A stretch of DNA of 64,000 bases from Phoronis australis. Lineage: Eukaryota > Animalia > Phoronida. Under the pieces are notes generated by a model. That model was not told where the DNA came from, searched no databases, and saw only the letters and a list, made by a program, of their open reading frames with translations. The stretch spans positions 44,171 to 108,170 of the forward strand of contig NMRA01000636.1 of NCBI GenBank assembly GCA_002633005.1, given 5' to 3'. This document shows, one piece after another, positions 1 through 14,900 of the stretch. The stretch's first letter is position 1; every line of letters begins with the position of its first letter. The translations under genes were made by a program, and so were the position numbers.

Positions 1-495
1 AGATGTGTTCCGTTTAGCAATTTTACATTCAGTATCCCAATATCAGACTATTTATTATTCATGTGTACATATGTGTATGTGTGTGTATGTAGTTGTGCAT
101 TCATGTGTATGATTGTATTTATGTATGTGAGTGTGCATTTATATATGTATGTATGTATGTGTTTATGTTTGTGTGTAAGAGTGCATGTGTATACTTGTGT
201 GTGTATGTCTTACTTTTATTAATTAATTGTCTGTTTTTAATTATTTATATTTATTTTTTAGTTAATTATCTTGTCTTACTTTCTTTATCTTCTACTTACC
301 ATATTTCATTTTTTATTTTGTTTCATCAGTCTTTCCATGTAAATTTCATATTCTTTGCTTATTATTTAAATATTGCCTTTCATTTTGTAATTCTGTTAGT
401 TTGTCTTACTATCTGTATGTTTTTACTGAGGGCCCCCATGGAAAGCAGTGTGAACTGATGGGGCTACCGTACATAAATAAATAAATAAATAATAA
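1..495 (+). mobile_element. 3' end of a CR1/L2-type LINE with a TG/TATG microsatellite and (AATA)n tail
   Basis: Stem-loop gcccccat...atggggc followed by (aata)n at about 474-495; simple repeat at about 60-210. Confidence 0.5.
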
Positions 496-1399
496 GATTG
501 AAACCCATAAAATCAACAATGACATACAGGGAGAAGGAAAATCAATTGCCAATATCAAGGCCCTGTGATGTACTTGTTCATAACCATACTTAATATCAGG
601 TACAATCCCATTAAAAAGTTGCTGGAGTCAAGTTTGTAAAAAATGGAAGGTAAAATTCAAATAAAAATGAATTGTTTTGTATGTTATACATGGAAAACAA
701 TCATGATCTTTGATATGGGTCCAAAAATCACCAATGCCCATAGGCGGATTTAGGGGGGGGGGGCGCAAAAAAATAAAACAGCAAGAGCGTAGGGAAACGT
801 TGAGTTTATTAATTTGCCCCGGTAATTAAAATTATGCAGATGAAAAAAGATTTAAATGTGTGCAGTTTTAGTGTGTTTGGGGGGGGGGCTCGGGAGGGCT
901 CAGATCCAATTTCAAGTGTCAAATTCTGAACACGGCGCATTCGTTACGGAACTATGGCTAAGTATAAGCTCTCCCGCGATATCCCAGGCGAGTGGCGCTG
1001 CGCACTGCGACCCCGTTTCCATCGTCTGCTCCACTGTGCAATGGAGAAAATTTACTTCATTTTTAAAGAAAATGGAACCTGAGTGACGATGAAAAAACAG
1101 AAGCTGCTGGTAAGATGTGAATTTTAATCGAAGCCTTAGTGAATCACTCAGAAACTCATTAATTCTCTCTTTGTCAAACCTTAACTTAAGACGATTTCCA
1201 AAGCAATCCCGTCATTATTGCCAACACGAAAAACGGATTTGGTCTTTTGGGCATTTGAAGACTATTTTAAATACAACAAATTTGTTAAGAACCGATTGCA
1301 CAAAATATAAAACGTGTAATAAGCATAACAAAAAGAAGTAGGTTTCGCGCGCAAACGCTGTGGACCATAAACAAGTAGGTCTCTTAGTTTNACGTCATC

Positions 1400-2562
1400 T
1401 CACCAATATATGCCTGTATTCAAAACTTTATAAAAATCAGTTGAGAACCTTTGAAGATACACAGACTGGTAAACATAAAAAACTAAAATTGCCACTAGGG
1501 GCACACCAAAAGTTAGATCTGTCCAAAAGTCGTCCGTTGTCAACATCATATAAATACACTTGCTAACTTAAGTAAAGATCCTGCATACGTTTTATGAGAT
1601 ACAGCGACGAGCGCAAAAAAATGCCACTACGAGGCGCCACAGTAGTCGTACTCTTCGGAAAATTATCGTCAGCCATCCACTTCGCAGTAGAAACATACAT
1701 GCCAATTTTCACAATTATTCTGAAAGTGGTTTGGTTGATAGATGAGTGGACTCCAAAAAACATACTCGAAAACAGTTAAAGTGGCCACTAGGTGGTGCAA
1801 ACTAGGTCGAATCCATCTGAAAACAGAGAGATAGCGTCACCTCATAAACAGATGCCTGTATGCCAAATTTTATGAAAATACTTTGAGGACCTTTGAACAT
1901 ACAGAGGTAAACGCAAAAAGATGAAATTGCCACTAGGTGGCACACCAGTAGTCAGATCCATCCGAAAGTCGTTGTCGTGAATTGTCAACATCATATAAAT
2001 ACACTTACTAAATTTAGTAAAGATCCTTCGAACAGTTTAAAAGATACAGCCATAGGTGCAAAAAAAACACAACTGCCACTAGGAGGCACCACAGTAGTCA
2101 AAATCATTGGAAAATCATCGTCAGCCGTCTACTTCGTAGTCAGAACATACGTACCAATTTTCACAATCATCCTTCAAAAGGTTTGGTTGATAGAGGGGTG
2201 GATGCAAAAAAAAAGTAAAATTGGTCACTAGGTGGCACAAACTACGTTGAATCCATCCGAAAATGGGAGGACAGCGTCATCTCACTAATAGGTGCCTATA
2301 TATCAAATTTTATGAAAATCCGATCTGGACTTTTGAAGATACAGAGGTAAACCTAAAAAACTAAAATTGCCAATAGGGAGCACACTGGTAGTCGGATCCG
2401 TCCGAAAGTTCGCTCATGCCGTCCCATCCATAGTAGGAACACATGTGCAAAATTTCATGAAGATACGTCAAGGCGTTTTAGAGATAGAGCAGCGGACGCC
2501 GGACGGACAGACGGAAATGACGGCATAATGCATCCACATATAATTATGTGGGCGCATAAAAA
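1400..2562 (-). mobile_element. Helentron-associated (HINE/DINE-like) element with a CTCF-motif monomer array
   Basis: About 145-bp monomers with CCACTAG(G/A/T)GGC, (GACG/GACA)n microsatellite, terminal hairpin atgcatccacat...atgtgggcgcat and an A-run. Confidence 0.75.
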
Positions 2563-2876
2563 TTCTGTATATCTTGAACTTTAGCAATCTTATTCGCCAA
2601 ACACCGCAGGTTATGAAAGTGCAAGAGAATTTCTCAACAGATGATATTGATTTGAGATTAATAACCTGAGCTGGTTATTCTCTTAGTGAGAGACAGCAAT
2701 TAGGTAGAATTCCACAAAACAGATAGGCATAAAAGCACAAATTAAAATGTTGACAAAACTTAACAAGAATGAAACCCCAATTCTTATCCTGATGAAAAAA
2801 GATATTCTGTTGCACTTAAGCACATTGAACCACTGCCTAATTTATTTTTTGGAAATTGTTATTGTAGATACACTAC

Positions 2877-2993
2877 ATGTTTCGTTTCCATTTCCCTCCA
2901 TTTGGCCAGTTCTTTTGATGCCAGCTCATCCGATGACATCCTCACTAACGTGAACGGCTTTATCTCCTCATTAAGAATCTTACGGAACAGACC
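2877..2993 (-). CDS. DIDO1: DIDO1-like coding exon 16, end of TFIIS-M (GLFRKILNEEIKPFTLVRMSSDELASKELAKWRE); gene continues beyond the window start
   Basis: LVRMS.EELAS.EL..WR motif; cttgcag acceptor; the donor position is slightly uncertain. Confidence 0.9.
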
Positions 2994-3625
2994 CTGCAAG
3001 ACAAGAACAACTTCAGAGTGACACCATATAAACAAATTACTAATGTCTAACAATGAAATTTATCTGAAGGTTGAACCAGGTAGTAACATTTGCAAAGTAG
3101 CACTAAATAAAATATAGTGAACCAAGATAGCAACAACAAGTATTTTAACCATGTTAAAAGGCCTTCAGGCTCTCCGCAGTAAAAAATATTGTAAAACCTA
3201 GTCATATTGTTCCGAATTTTAGTGGGGAATGACCGTAATTATTTCACATGAGAAATATGTCAAAGTAGCTCTGTATTTCACCGTTGGATAAAACAGTTAT
3301 AACCAAGTATGTCTGATAACAAACTTTTACTTTTTCACCAAGCCACATCACAGCAATACCAAGGTAATCAGAAAGAAAATATGTTATCAATTCAAATCCA
3401 CATCATTAAGAGGAGCCCAAAAATAAACATGGAACTCTCCACGTCACTTTTAAAAAAATTTGCAAAACATTACCTCACTGGAAAATCGGCAAAAACAGAC
3501 CAAAAATTAAAATCAGTTAATACTTTTCTACAGATTTCCAATTTGCTTCACAATTTTCCCCATATCTTCAACAGAACTTAATTTTGACAAGATTTAGTCA
3601 CTTGTTTCTTTTAAGTAGAGAGTAC

Positions 3626-3785
3626 CTCATTCTTAGAATCCTTAATGTTGAACGCCAATGAGCGATATCGTGCCTTGTACTTAGAGCCACAGTCTCCATA
3701 GAATTTGAATAGTTCTTCCTCAATATGAATCACAATCTTTTTTATCTCGCTGTGAGACAGCACAATGTCATAGGCACTGTCAGAC
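3626..3785 (-). CDS. DIDO1: DIDO1-like coding exon 15, TFIIS-M (IEEELFKFYGDCGSKYKARYRSLAFNIKDSKNE)
   Basis: TFIIS-M signature KYK..YRSL.FNxKD.KN; tatag acceptor, GAG|gtactc donor, phase 2/0. Confidence 0.95.
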
Positions 3786-3894
3786 CTATAAAAGTGGCAT
3801 TAGACAGACATATAACTTTTTAAGGGTTGAAGGTTTTCCAAGAATGCCAAACAATCATCAGTTGGAGTTAGATATGGATGCTTCTAATCATTAA

Positions 3895-6800
3895 TGCACG
3901 AGCAACGCGAAAAGTTGATATGCGCCCATGGCTGCAACGCAAACCCTGTGTTTATAATGGTGTTTTTTAGTTCATAAAATGGCCATTAGATGGCGCAGAA
4001 TACATCAAACCTGTCTGAAATTGGGAAAGCACTGCCGCCTTTCTATTACAAAACCACTCGTCAAATTTCAACAAAATACACCTGGGAACTCCAAAGATAC
4101 AGAGGCAGGTGTAAAAAAACAAACTGCCATTAGAAGGCACAGCAGTAATCGAATCCGTCCATCTGTTGTCAAATAAAAAGGAATAGACTTGAAAAATTGT
4201 TGCAAGGCTAGGCTTGTGCAAGTTGCTTGCCAGCACGCCATTGGCGAATTCTGAGTGGCACTGGCGATGGTAGAGCTAAGTTCATTTAACATCTTGGTGA
4301 ATGTTTTCGCAACTTGACAATAAAAATTAATTTCGGGAACCCTATTCGTGTGTTGACCCAAGAATCAGCTCAAATCAAGTCGTGGCGCAAACAACATTCT
4401 TACTTCAATTCTGAGTCCTAAAAATAGCAAGTGAATGTTCCACTTCATGCCCGTACCCCTGAAGTCACTCTTTTAACGCAACAAAATGTTCAACTGTGTA
4501 GGGGGGTCAGCGCTCTCAGTAGTGGCGATTTCTCGCTTCAGAGTGAGATCTCGTGTAAGTGCTGCCGCTTGTCGTCTTCAAGTGCGATGTCAAAATGACG
4601 AATAGAAGACTATTTCAGAGGCAAACGCGACCCAGATGAACGATATTAAATTACATGGGGGATAAACTGAACTGAGCTGAGCTGTCTCAAACATACAACA
4701 TGAACTCAAGGTTTCAATTTATCATTTCTCATATTACATGAATCTCTCCCAATTCATTACTAACTTTCACCTTTCAGTGCATAATTTGCCGTGTCAAATA
4801 TTGTTTCAGACTTGACAGGTTTTCTTTTCAAGGAGTAAAAGGCACAGACAACGCTGAGAAGAACAAGTTTGTTATCTATTTTTAAATCAAAATACGTCAC
4901 ATGTCTTACCTACTCAGCTCGCTAACAGTCGCAAGTGGCCGGCATACCCCACCATAACCCAGGGATAGGGGGAACCCTGTCCAATTTTCTTTAAGGTCAA
5001 CATCATTTAAATACCCATGTATGGCCGGCGAACCCAAACAGTAACTCGCGTATAGGGAGAACCTCAGCCTAAACTGTTTAGTTCAAAATAAAACCTATGT
5101 TGGCTGACATCCCGCCAACTTATTAGGTTGATATATGACCTTGGAATGATGATCATTCGTTTTTTTTCCTTAAGGCAAACATCTTTTCTTATAGTACATT
5201 ATGAAAAGGACCTGTGCATAACATAAAAAATAAAAAGTTTGGTCCGTGTAACTATTTTTATCAAATGTGGGGTCTGGAAAAGAGAAAGTATGTGGCTAAT
5301 AATTTTTGAAAATGGCTAAAAGTTTTCAGACGCTTTAGCCATTTTGGCTAATACCTTAAAAAGTGTACCATGAGCGTAGCAAGGGGTTTAGTAGATACAG
5401 CCATAGATGCAAAAATAATGTCACTAGGAGGCACCACAGTAATTGGACCCATATGAAAATCCACGGTAGTCGTGCTCATGTCGGATGGAACACATCAGCC
5501 AGTTTTCATAATGGTCCTCTGAGTGGTTTGGCTGATACAAAATACAGATTGAAAAATAAAATTGTGCACAGTATTTTTTTTACTTTGAAAAGGAAAACTT
5601 TATTAGTTCTGTAAAGCCCCACTGCAAGCGCTGTTTTTCGTGACGTCCCTGAGGCTGTGCAGCACAAAGAGATATAGGTCATTAGCCATGCGAGTACGTA
5701 GCCCAGTCGACAGATCAACATTTCATTTTTCTTTCCTGTGACGTTGATTCATCCCGGGGCCTAGCCAGCTAGCTATATGAAGACTATCTTCAAAATACGG
5801 CTAGGTGCAAGTACCACTGTGTGTTGAGCTCCATTAGACTCCGAAATTTCACGTAGTCCGGGTAGTTCCGCTTGTCAAGTCGTCGCGAAACTTAGATCAA
5901 CATGTATAGGTATAAACCGACAGGGGAACATGCAAATATATGGGTGTCAACCGACACTCAATTTGCCCGCTGGAGCTGTTTAAGTGAAAAACAATCTAGT
6001 GAACGTTATTTTATTTCATAATTCTCAGCCTTTTGTAACAAAGAAAACAGTACGCTCAACGTGCTATTTCCTAAAATTTTGCGACATCTATCGGGAGATG
6101 ACGACAGTTTCGCAGGAGCAAAATGCTTTATGAAATTCGGTTTCCTGGTATTAAAATACTAAAAATTTGAAAGGAAATGAAATCAGCTCTAATAACTTGT
6201 TGTGACACGTACACAACTTCGATCGCTTGTTATACTGGGAAGAAGAATAACTCGGGGAACGAAACTGGCCAATAAGGCAACAGGTGACAACACTGAAAGC
6301 CGACCTTAAAGAGTGCATCAAAATTTTAGCTGCAGAGTGAACGGCAGAACGCCAATTTTGTCCACCTGTAAATAATTTAGTTTACTCAAGGAAGAGCGTA
6401 ATTTTTAACGACACAAAAAAATTTATTTTATCAGTTTTTACCCATGTCGGTGCAATGGCTGTATATTTAGTATACAGCTTGCACCAAGGCAAGGCTACGC
6501 AGTCGGGGCCCTTTCCTGGCTGGTGCCGAGAACAGCATCGTTCCACTAATATTCAACACTACATGGCAGTAAACTTGTATTATGAACTTTTGAGAGCCGA
6601 GATCGCAGACAAGTTATACACATTAAGCACAGTTTTGCAGCCGAGAGGCATTCACCCAATGAGCTACATACATAATAAGCTTAATTTATCTCTATTCACC
6701 CCCGGTACAGCCTCAGTGACGTCAGACGCGCATAAGCCAACAGGAATTAACATTGAAAACAAAAACAAAAATGTGAAAAAATAACAAAGATGTGATTTCT

Positions 6801-7585
6801 GATATAGATTTTATTCATAAATTAAATCACATTAAAAATGCATGTTATTGTACTTCAGGAACCTTTTAAAGAGATACAGGCGTGGATGCAAAAACAAAAA
6901 ATTGCCACTGTAGGTTGCCACAGTAGTCTAACACATCTGAAAATCAGTGACAGCTGCGGTCTTCTCATTAGGAAAGCATCTGCCAATTTCCAAAATGATC
7001 CTTTGAACAGTGTGGCAAACAGGAAGGTGGACATCAAAAACGTATACAAAACTTTTTAAAATGGCCATCAGGAAGCACAGAATACATCAAAACCATCAGA
7101 AAACAGGAAGNNNNNNNNNNNNNNNNNNNNNNNNNNNNNNNNGGATATGCTACACAGAAAACTTTCTTGACATGTTTTCTGGAAATTTAAAAGGATTATT
7201 TGTAAACAAACGTCTTTGTTTCTGGAAAACAAAAAGTAAAACTACTTGTTCAACCCTTTATCGATATTGAACTTGGATAAATTTTATATCAACATGAACC
7301 TCATTTATTCAAGATGTATTGCTGAAAATTTGGTAAGTATATGTTTACTAATGACTGAGTGATGAGGTTTTAATTATGTGCAGTGCTTGTGACCTAGTTT
7401 TGAGTGAAATACCCTCCGACTTCAAGGGGGTAGACATTCCACAGCTCAGCCAGGCCACTAAGCAATTTATTCCATATGGTGCTCAGGGTCGAATGAGTTA
7501 AGGAGATACAGCTGCGGACGCCAGATGCCCAGACAGAGATGTTGACAATACGTACCCACACATAAATACGAGGGCGCATAAAAAC
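3895..7585 (-). mobile_element. Same HINE family, fragmented by unclassified insertions (about 4200-5375 and 5575-6850) and an N gap
   Basis: Terminal caacgc..atgcgccca at about 3904-3928, collinear monomer fragments at 3970-4200, 5375-5570 and 6850-7110, other terminus gggcgcataaaaa at 7572-7585. Confidence 0.55.
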
Positions 7586-7734
7586 TAGTTAACCAAGTCC
7601 TGAACAATGAAATCAAACCACAGAACCACCAGACGGGTACTATGTTAAGAAGACTGGCTATCATTTCCAGCTTATACAGTGGTTCACTTGATGTCATCAA
7701 GTGAAAATTGTCCTGTCTAATTACCAATCTGTAC

Positions 7735-7864
7735 CTGGCAATCAATATGTCCTTCAGGTGTTTCCTCACATTCAGTCGCACTTCACTAGGTCCTGATGAG
7801 CTGGCCTCCTGCTTGGGTTGCACAGCATGTGCTTCCTTCTTCAGCTCTTCCTTAATTTCTTTCC
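7735..7864 (-). CDS. DIDO1: DIDO1-like coding exon 14, start of TFIIS-M (EVRLNVRKHLKDILIAR)
   Basis: tttaag acceptor, AG|gtacag donor, phase 1/2. Confidence 0.88.
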
Positions 7865-8781
7865 CTTAAAAATAAAGAAAATGAAAATGTCTGCAGGAAA
7901 ATAAAAACAGCCATAAGCAATGACTTTCACCAAATTCTGGAGCAACTAGACTTTTTAAAGTCTAGTAGCTTAAAAGCTTCACCAAGCAAAATGTTAAGTA
8001 CTACAAAGTAAACGTGTAAACACTGAATTTAAAACTGGGCAGCAAAGCAATAGCAGGATTCTCCCTGATATTAGCAGAAATCTGTAAAATTTCATGTAGC
8101 TGAGACATAGGACTTAATAGACATAGATGCAGACACAAAAACTAAATTGCCACTAGGGAGAGCAATACTTGTCGGATCTGCCCAAGAGTTGACATGTTGG
8201 TGCTCTTCACAAAATTTCATGAAGATCCACCAAAGGCCTGGGAGAAACAGCGGCAGACATCAGACGTCCTACAGATTATAGAAACATGCATCCAAGCACA
8301 CTGGCAATTTCTGATAGTAAGCTCTATAGCATCAAATGTTTTTCACTTTTCTAAGTAATACTCTGAATATAAGCCAGTGACATAGACAAGGAGTGAGTAT
8401 CAATATGTGCAGTTAGAAGAGTTTATAGTACCAATTAAGTTCAATTTATTTTAGCGATAAATGAAATCATGCAGAAATATAACAATGAAGTTATGTTTAT
8501 TTTACAGGTTAACAAACCCCATGCTGAAATAAACAAAGTCAATAAAAGTACAATATATTTTAGAGATAAACCAAAACCGAGCAGTCCCGTATCCCATATA
8601 GCATTATTTTGTTCGACAATTTTCGTTTTGGGAAACCATACAAGATTCTTTTTTGGCTCCAAATGTAGGCTCATGTGCATTTATTCAGAACATTTTCCAA
8701 ATATAGGCCAATAGGCCTATTTTTGGGAGGACATGTTTGCGGAAATTCCCTGCAGAAGAATGGTGCCCATTATATATTGAA

Positions 8782-11203
8782 CAGGGCTCGACATAATGAG
8801 CCGCAGGTAGCATTTGCGACCTAAAATTTGTAAATGTGAGCTGAGATTTTCGTCAGCTTGTATCAAGGCGCCAAAAGCGACCTGGAATTTCCAACGTATG
8901 CGAGCTGAGTTTTTACATTTCTCAGCAGATACCTGGCAAATATAAAGCAACTCTAATTGTTAATCCAACCGAGAACAGCCCTACCAGTGACTTGTAAAAA
9001 AGTCACGTGAACATGGGATATGCAGAATCCGTCTTTGACATGTTTCATTGGCTAACATTTTTGGCCACTTCTGCAAATTTCCGGATTACGGCCGGAAAGT
9101 TTCAGGCCACTGCATCACACGTGATAAAACATCACAAAACAACGGTGTTTCTTAAGCGATCAACTTACCAAACTTTGTGGTAGACAAATTTTTCGCGTAA
9201 GGTGTCCTTATTACATGTACCAAATATCCACGACAATGTCTCTGCGGCACTGGTCGGTCCCATTGTTAGCGCGCAAGCTGTCCTAGCAGACAATCGTGAC
9301 TTAGAGATGTGCGTCTCGTTTTTTATCGCATATGACAGCCAAAGTGAAAATGACAAGACTATTAATTGCCAAACGACAGCCACGTCTTTACTTTCAGTTG
9401 CCAAGAAATTCTCAAACCCCTTTACTTGTTTCTGGGGCTACGTGGGCGATATATGATTTGTCTTTCACACATTGTTGCCAACGTTAAGTGTAGGCCTACT
9501 CCACCTATTCAAGGGCGTGAACTCATGCGTGCGCACCACTTCAAAGCTGCACATCAAAGGAGAACAGCGACAGTCCCAAGTGAAAGAATATACCGGCTTG
9601 GCTCTGTTAAGCACCCGGGTACGTGCCAGTGGTTTATTTGAAAACGAACTCATAGATTCCCGGGGGTTACATTAATAAAAGACCCGACGCTTTACGATAT
9701 TCCCCGGGACCGATATAATGAAGAAATGATATTTCCTGTGACAATGTTTCCCGAGGTCGATGTTCCCTAAACCCTATGCCTGTAGCCAGCTATTGCAACT
9801 AAACGGATACTAGATGCAAAATTGTGGTCAGCGAACTTTTTATTCTTCTAACTTTTAGCTTCCCGGACCACCGTCGCCATAAAATGTTCAGACTCCAAGA
9901 GAAACAACCTTGTTCCGGCCGAAGCGGGCAATTAAAACAAAATTGCTCGGAGTGGCTAAAAAGGGCCGGTACAGTGCACGTGGTAACGATATCCAGAAAG
10001 TCACCCTTACTCGATGGAGTTTGCCACGCAAAATCGTATTATTATAACATTTCTTACCATTGCAGTCTTAATATCTTATTACAGCAAACACTCCGGTTAA
10101 CGAATATGCTCACGCACAAGCCTACTCCCTACCTTTGTGTTTCATAATAAGCACTCACTGATCTACTAAGCGTTCCCCCTCAACTTTAGAGAATTTCCAA
10201 CTAAGCGCCCACAGTTAAGGCTAGCGCTCATCATAGCGCTTCACAAACGACCGCGCATGGTTTAAAATTGACACACAGCCTATAGTGTGTCACTCTCATT
10301 TTACACAGCAAATTCTGTTTTCAAAAAATCAAAAAACGTCTTTTCTCACTACATAGAAACCAAATCCCGGCTTTATTTCATACCTCCGAAATAAAGTTAA
10401 CACTAGCAATGACACGCCTGTCGTATTGTGACTGACCTATTTTTCCTGTACTTGGAATGTATTGAGGCGCAAACTCGAATTACCTGATGGAAACCCGCAA
10501 GGAGTCGAGAATTATTTCGAGGCTACTCATTTCATGGAAAACTAAATGTTGAATACGTAAACAGCATAGGTACCATTTTTTTGTAAAATTTGCTCTGAAT
10601 TGTTACCGTGCATCCAAATACGTCATTCGGTTGGGCATCGTTTCACGGTTTTTTAACAAATGTTTTTCAGACGTCGAGTTAAGCTGCAAAATTTGGGTCG
10701 TGAACAAAAAGTGGAGGGAATTTGCACTCTGAGTTAGTATGGATCTTTAACGACTTTGATGACAGCCAGTAGCAGGTCAGACCTAGCAAAATTGTGGATA
10801 CTTTTTCAACGGGCATTTTCTCCCTTTTCACATCGCAAACTTAGGTGCTCGAATGCACGTGTCAGTTAGACAGCACTGGTTCAACTTTCACGTCGGGAAC
10901 TTGCCTTGCATTTTAGAGCCTTTCAGTGGCTGTCGTTAAGAACAGTAACGCCGTAGCTGCATGAAAGAACAGTAACGCCGTACCTGCATGAAAGAACTCA
11001 ATTTTGCTGAAATTTGTAAGTATGTAACGCTGCAGGTAAGAGCATTTTCTCGATGATTTAAAAACAATCAATTTTGGCGCCAAAATGGAGGAAAAATTTG
11101 CGACCTGGCATTTATGAATACAAGCTGGATTTTGAAAATGCGACCTGGGATTTTGACTAAGTCGCAAAATGCGACCTGGAGATTTTAATAGTGTCGAGCC
11201 CTG
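8782..11203. mobile_element. Non-autonomous TIR element with 5-bp TSD (hAT5-like)
   Basis: TIR CAGGGCTCGACA/TGTCGAGCCCTG flanked by TTGAA on both sides; homologous to 44469-49679. Confidence 0.8.
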
Positions 11204-11246
11204 TTGAAGCTAATAATCACTGATATACGAGATGATGTGAGCTTAC

Positions 11247-11445
11247 GGTAAAATTTGGAGCTGGAAATATAACCCTGCTGTTGCCCTGGACGCAACACTT
11301 CAAAAGTGGGGTTTTTCTCCAGCCACAGTTTTAAATTTGCATGGGTTGGTGCATTAGGTCCCGTGACCAGTCGGCCTGTGTGGCGCTCCATCACGACGAT
11401 ACGATCCAACACCTTGTCGAGAACTTTGCCAGCCTCAGGCTTGCC
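11247..11445 (-). CDS. DIDO1: DIDO1-like coding exon 13, BRK domain (RIVVMERHTGRLVTGPNAPTHANLKLWLEKNPTFEV)
   Basis: BRK consensus RV.V....G..L.G..AP....L..WL..NP.FEV; tctag acceptor, C|gtaagc donor, phase 0/1. Confidence 0.92.
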
Positions 11446-11914
11446 CTAGATTGGAAGAAAGAAGGCCAGTTAAAAGAAGCACAAATGAGAAAAATTCAAC
11501 CTGTTTCAAGGACAAATCAGGTATTTTCCTTTAATTCTTTTCTTCCATCAAATTGCAAATAAAAATATAACGTTTGACTTTCTGTAACACACACACTCAA
11601 TAAGGAATCCAGACACTCACAAATTAAAAGGAACTGGAAAGGCCCATCTGTTACTGCCTTAAATCAATTCAGTTTTTGTACAGGTTCTATTTTCCTGAGG
11701 ATAATCATCAATAGACTGATTAAAAGAACTTCAATTAGAACTAGGGCTGTGTTGACGAGGATTCAAGTTCACATTGACTTAGTCACAATTACTTTCAATC
11801 ACTGAAGAGCTAACGTCACTTACAAGCTAGAGATAGTGCGATCACATGCTATGATCGTGATACACAGTGACATCTTCTAAGGCTTAGGTGACCTTAACAC
11901 ACAAGATACAAGCA

Positions 11915-14900
11915 ATATATACCAACAGCAATGCGGAGCGTTCAAATACACCCACGAGTGCACTGCAAATGGTGTACTTCTAGAGGTGTTTATTTGAATC
12001 ATAACCAAGAGCAACGCGGCCACGAATGCACCACAACTGGGGTGCTTCTTGGGTTGCTTATTTGTATCATAAAATAGCTGCTAGATGGCGCAATAACGTC
12101 CAATCCATCCGAAAACGGGAACATGCCATCACTTCTTTAATAGAAACCTACTATTGGGCACAGCGTTCGTTGGATCCACTTGAAAGTCGTCGTCTTCGTC
12201 TACTGTTAGCTTCATATAAGTACACTGACTAAATTTAATAAGATCTTGCAGTGGGTATAGGATATACACATATGGTGAAAAACAAAACTACCACTAGGAG
12301 ACGCCACAGTAGTCGAAGTCATCATCGTCAACCATCATCTTCACACTGAGAATGCTGATTTTCAAAATCATGCTTGGTTGACAGAGAGGTGGATGCCAAA
12401 AAACTCGAAAACAGTAAATATGGCCACTACGTGCTGTAAAATATCTCGATTCTATCCAAAAACAAGAGGATATCATCATCTCACCAAGTTTCTTATAGTC
12501 CAAATTTTATGCAAATCCGTTAAGGATTTTTTAAGAAACAGAGGTAAACGTAAAAACTAAAATTGCCCCTAGGGGGCATACTGGTACTCAGATCTGTCCG
12601 AAAGTGGTCGTCATGCGTTCCCAATATCATATAAATACACTTGGTAAATTTAGAAAAGTTCGTGCAAACAGTTTAGGAGATACACCCATGAGCGCCAAAA
12701 ACAAAATTGCCACCAGAATGCTCCACAGTAGTCGAAGTCGTTGGAAAATCATCATGAGCCGTCCTCTTCATAGTAAGAACATACATGCCAATTTTCACAA
12801 TCATACTTAGAGCGGTTTGGTTGGTAGAGGGGTGGAGGTCAAAAAACAGTAAACATGGTCACTAGGTGGCGCAAACTAAGTAAAATCCATCTGAAAACAG
12901 GAGGATAACGTCATCTCACTAATAGATTCCTATGTGCCAAATTTCATGAAAATACGTTGAGGACCTTTGATGATACAGAGGCAAATGTAAAAAACTAAAA
13001 TTGCCACTAGGGGACACATCGGTAGTCGGATCCATCGCTAAAGCTCTCTCCTGTCGTCCCATCCATGAATGACACACATGTGCCAAATTTCAAGAACATA
13101 CGTCAAAGTCTTTTGGAGATAGGACAGTGGACGCCCAACGCCAGACAGACGCCGGAAGGACAGAGGGTGACGGCATAATGTGTACACATATAAATATGAG
13201 GGCAAATAAAGATGGTCATTAGATGGCACAGAATACATTGAACCCATCCAAAAACGGGAAGGCATCGTCGTCTCTCAAAACTGTTAAATTTTATAAAAAT
13301 CCATCAAAGAACTCCAAAGATACAAAGGCAAACGTAAGAAAAACTCCCATTAGGAAAGATAGCAGTAGTCAAATCTGCCCATCTGCTGTCAAGTTAAAAG
13401 GAAATATGAATGTAAAATTTCTTCATCTAGCAAGGGGTTTAGAAGATAAGCCGTAGACGTGAAAACATTTCACTAGAGGACAACACTGTAGTTGGATCCA
13501 TGTCAGTCATTCTCTTGTCAGTAGGAACACATCTACCAATTTTCATAATGATCACGTGCGCGGTTTGGCAGATACAAAAGTCGTCATCGTCTGTTGTTAA
13601 CATCATATCAATACACTTATTAAATTTCGTAAAGATCCTGTGAACGGTTTAGGAGATACAGCCATAGGTGCAAAAAAAACAAAACTGCCACTAGGAGGCG
13701 CCACAGTAGTCCAAATCGTCTGAAAATCATTACCAGCTGTCCTCTTTATAGTAAGCACATACATGCCAATTTTCACAACCATCCTTTGAGAGGTTTGGTT
13801 GATAGAGGGGTGGACGCACAAAAACAGACTCGAAATCACTAAAAATGGCCACTAGGTGGCGCAAACTATGTCGAATCCACCTGAAAACGAGAGGATAGCG
13901 TCATCTCACTAATAGATGCCTCCACAACAAATTTCATGAAAATCCGTTCGGGATTTTTGAAGATACAAAGGTAAGCGTAAAAAACTAAAATTGCCACTAG
14001 GGGGCATAACTGTAGTCGAATCCGTCCGAAAGTTCGCACATGCCTTCCCATTCATGAATGGAACATATGTGCCAAATTTCATGAACGTATGTCAAAGGGT
14101 TTTGGAGATAAAGCAGCGGACGTCGGACGGACGCCGCCCGGACGGACGGACGGAGATGACGGCATAATGCGTCCACACATAAATATGTGGGAGCATAATA
14201 AAGATCCTGGAGTGGGTTCAGGAGAGGCAGCTATGGGCGCAAAGCAAAACAAAACTACCACTAGGAGGCACCAGAGTAGTCAAAGTCGTCATCATCAACC
14301 GATCTCTTCACACTGAGAACATATATGCCAATTTTCAAAACTATCCTTAGAATGATTTGGTTGATAGAGAGGTAGACGCCAAAAAACAGACTCGGAAACA
14401 GCAAAATTGGCCACTAGGTGGCGCAAATTACCTCGATTCGTTCCAAAAACAGGAGGATAAAGTCATCTCATCAACAGATGCCCGAATTCAAAACTTTATG
14501 AAAATCTGTTGAGGACCTTTGAACATACAGAGGTAAACGTATAACTTACCGTAATCGTTTGGGTTAACACCCATGCTCAGTTAACCGCCCATCCCCGACT
14601 TTAAGTGGATTTTCGATTTAACCGCCCACTGCTCGGTTAAGCGCCCCCCCCCCTACGATTTTTGAAGATTTCCAGTTAAGCGCCCACCTCTCGGTTAAGT
14701 GCCCATCCCCCGGCAACTTTTAAAGAATGAAGATTTAGCGCCTAGTGCTAAGGCAACGCGCGATTCCCTGACTTTTAGAAAAAGATCGATGATCACAAAT
14801 GAGTGCAACGACGCTGGGACTCCGAGCCAGTGGTTTGGCAATCTGAATTACAATACAGGTAACGAGTTATTGTCTTGGGTCATGAACTCACTTCAAAATA

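Noticed and set aside
93-458. 121-aa hydrophobic ORF
   Set aside because: Translation of TG/TA microsatellite and T-rich LINE tail.
1563-2231. Recurring short ORFs such as MPLGGTPVV / KLPLGGATVVE seen at many loci
   Set aside because: Translations of the non-coding HINE monomer; frames are not conserved between copies.
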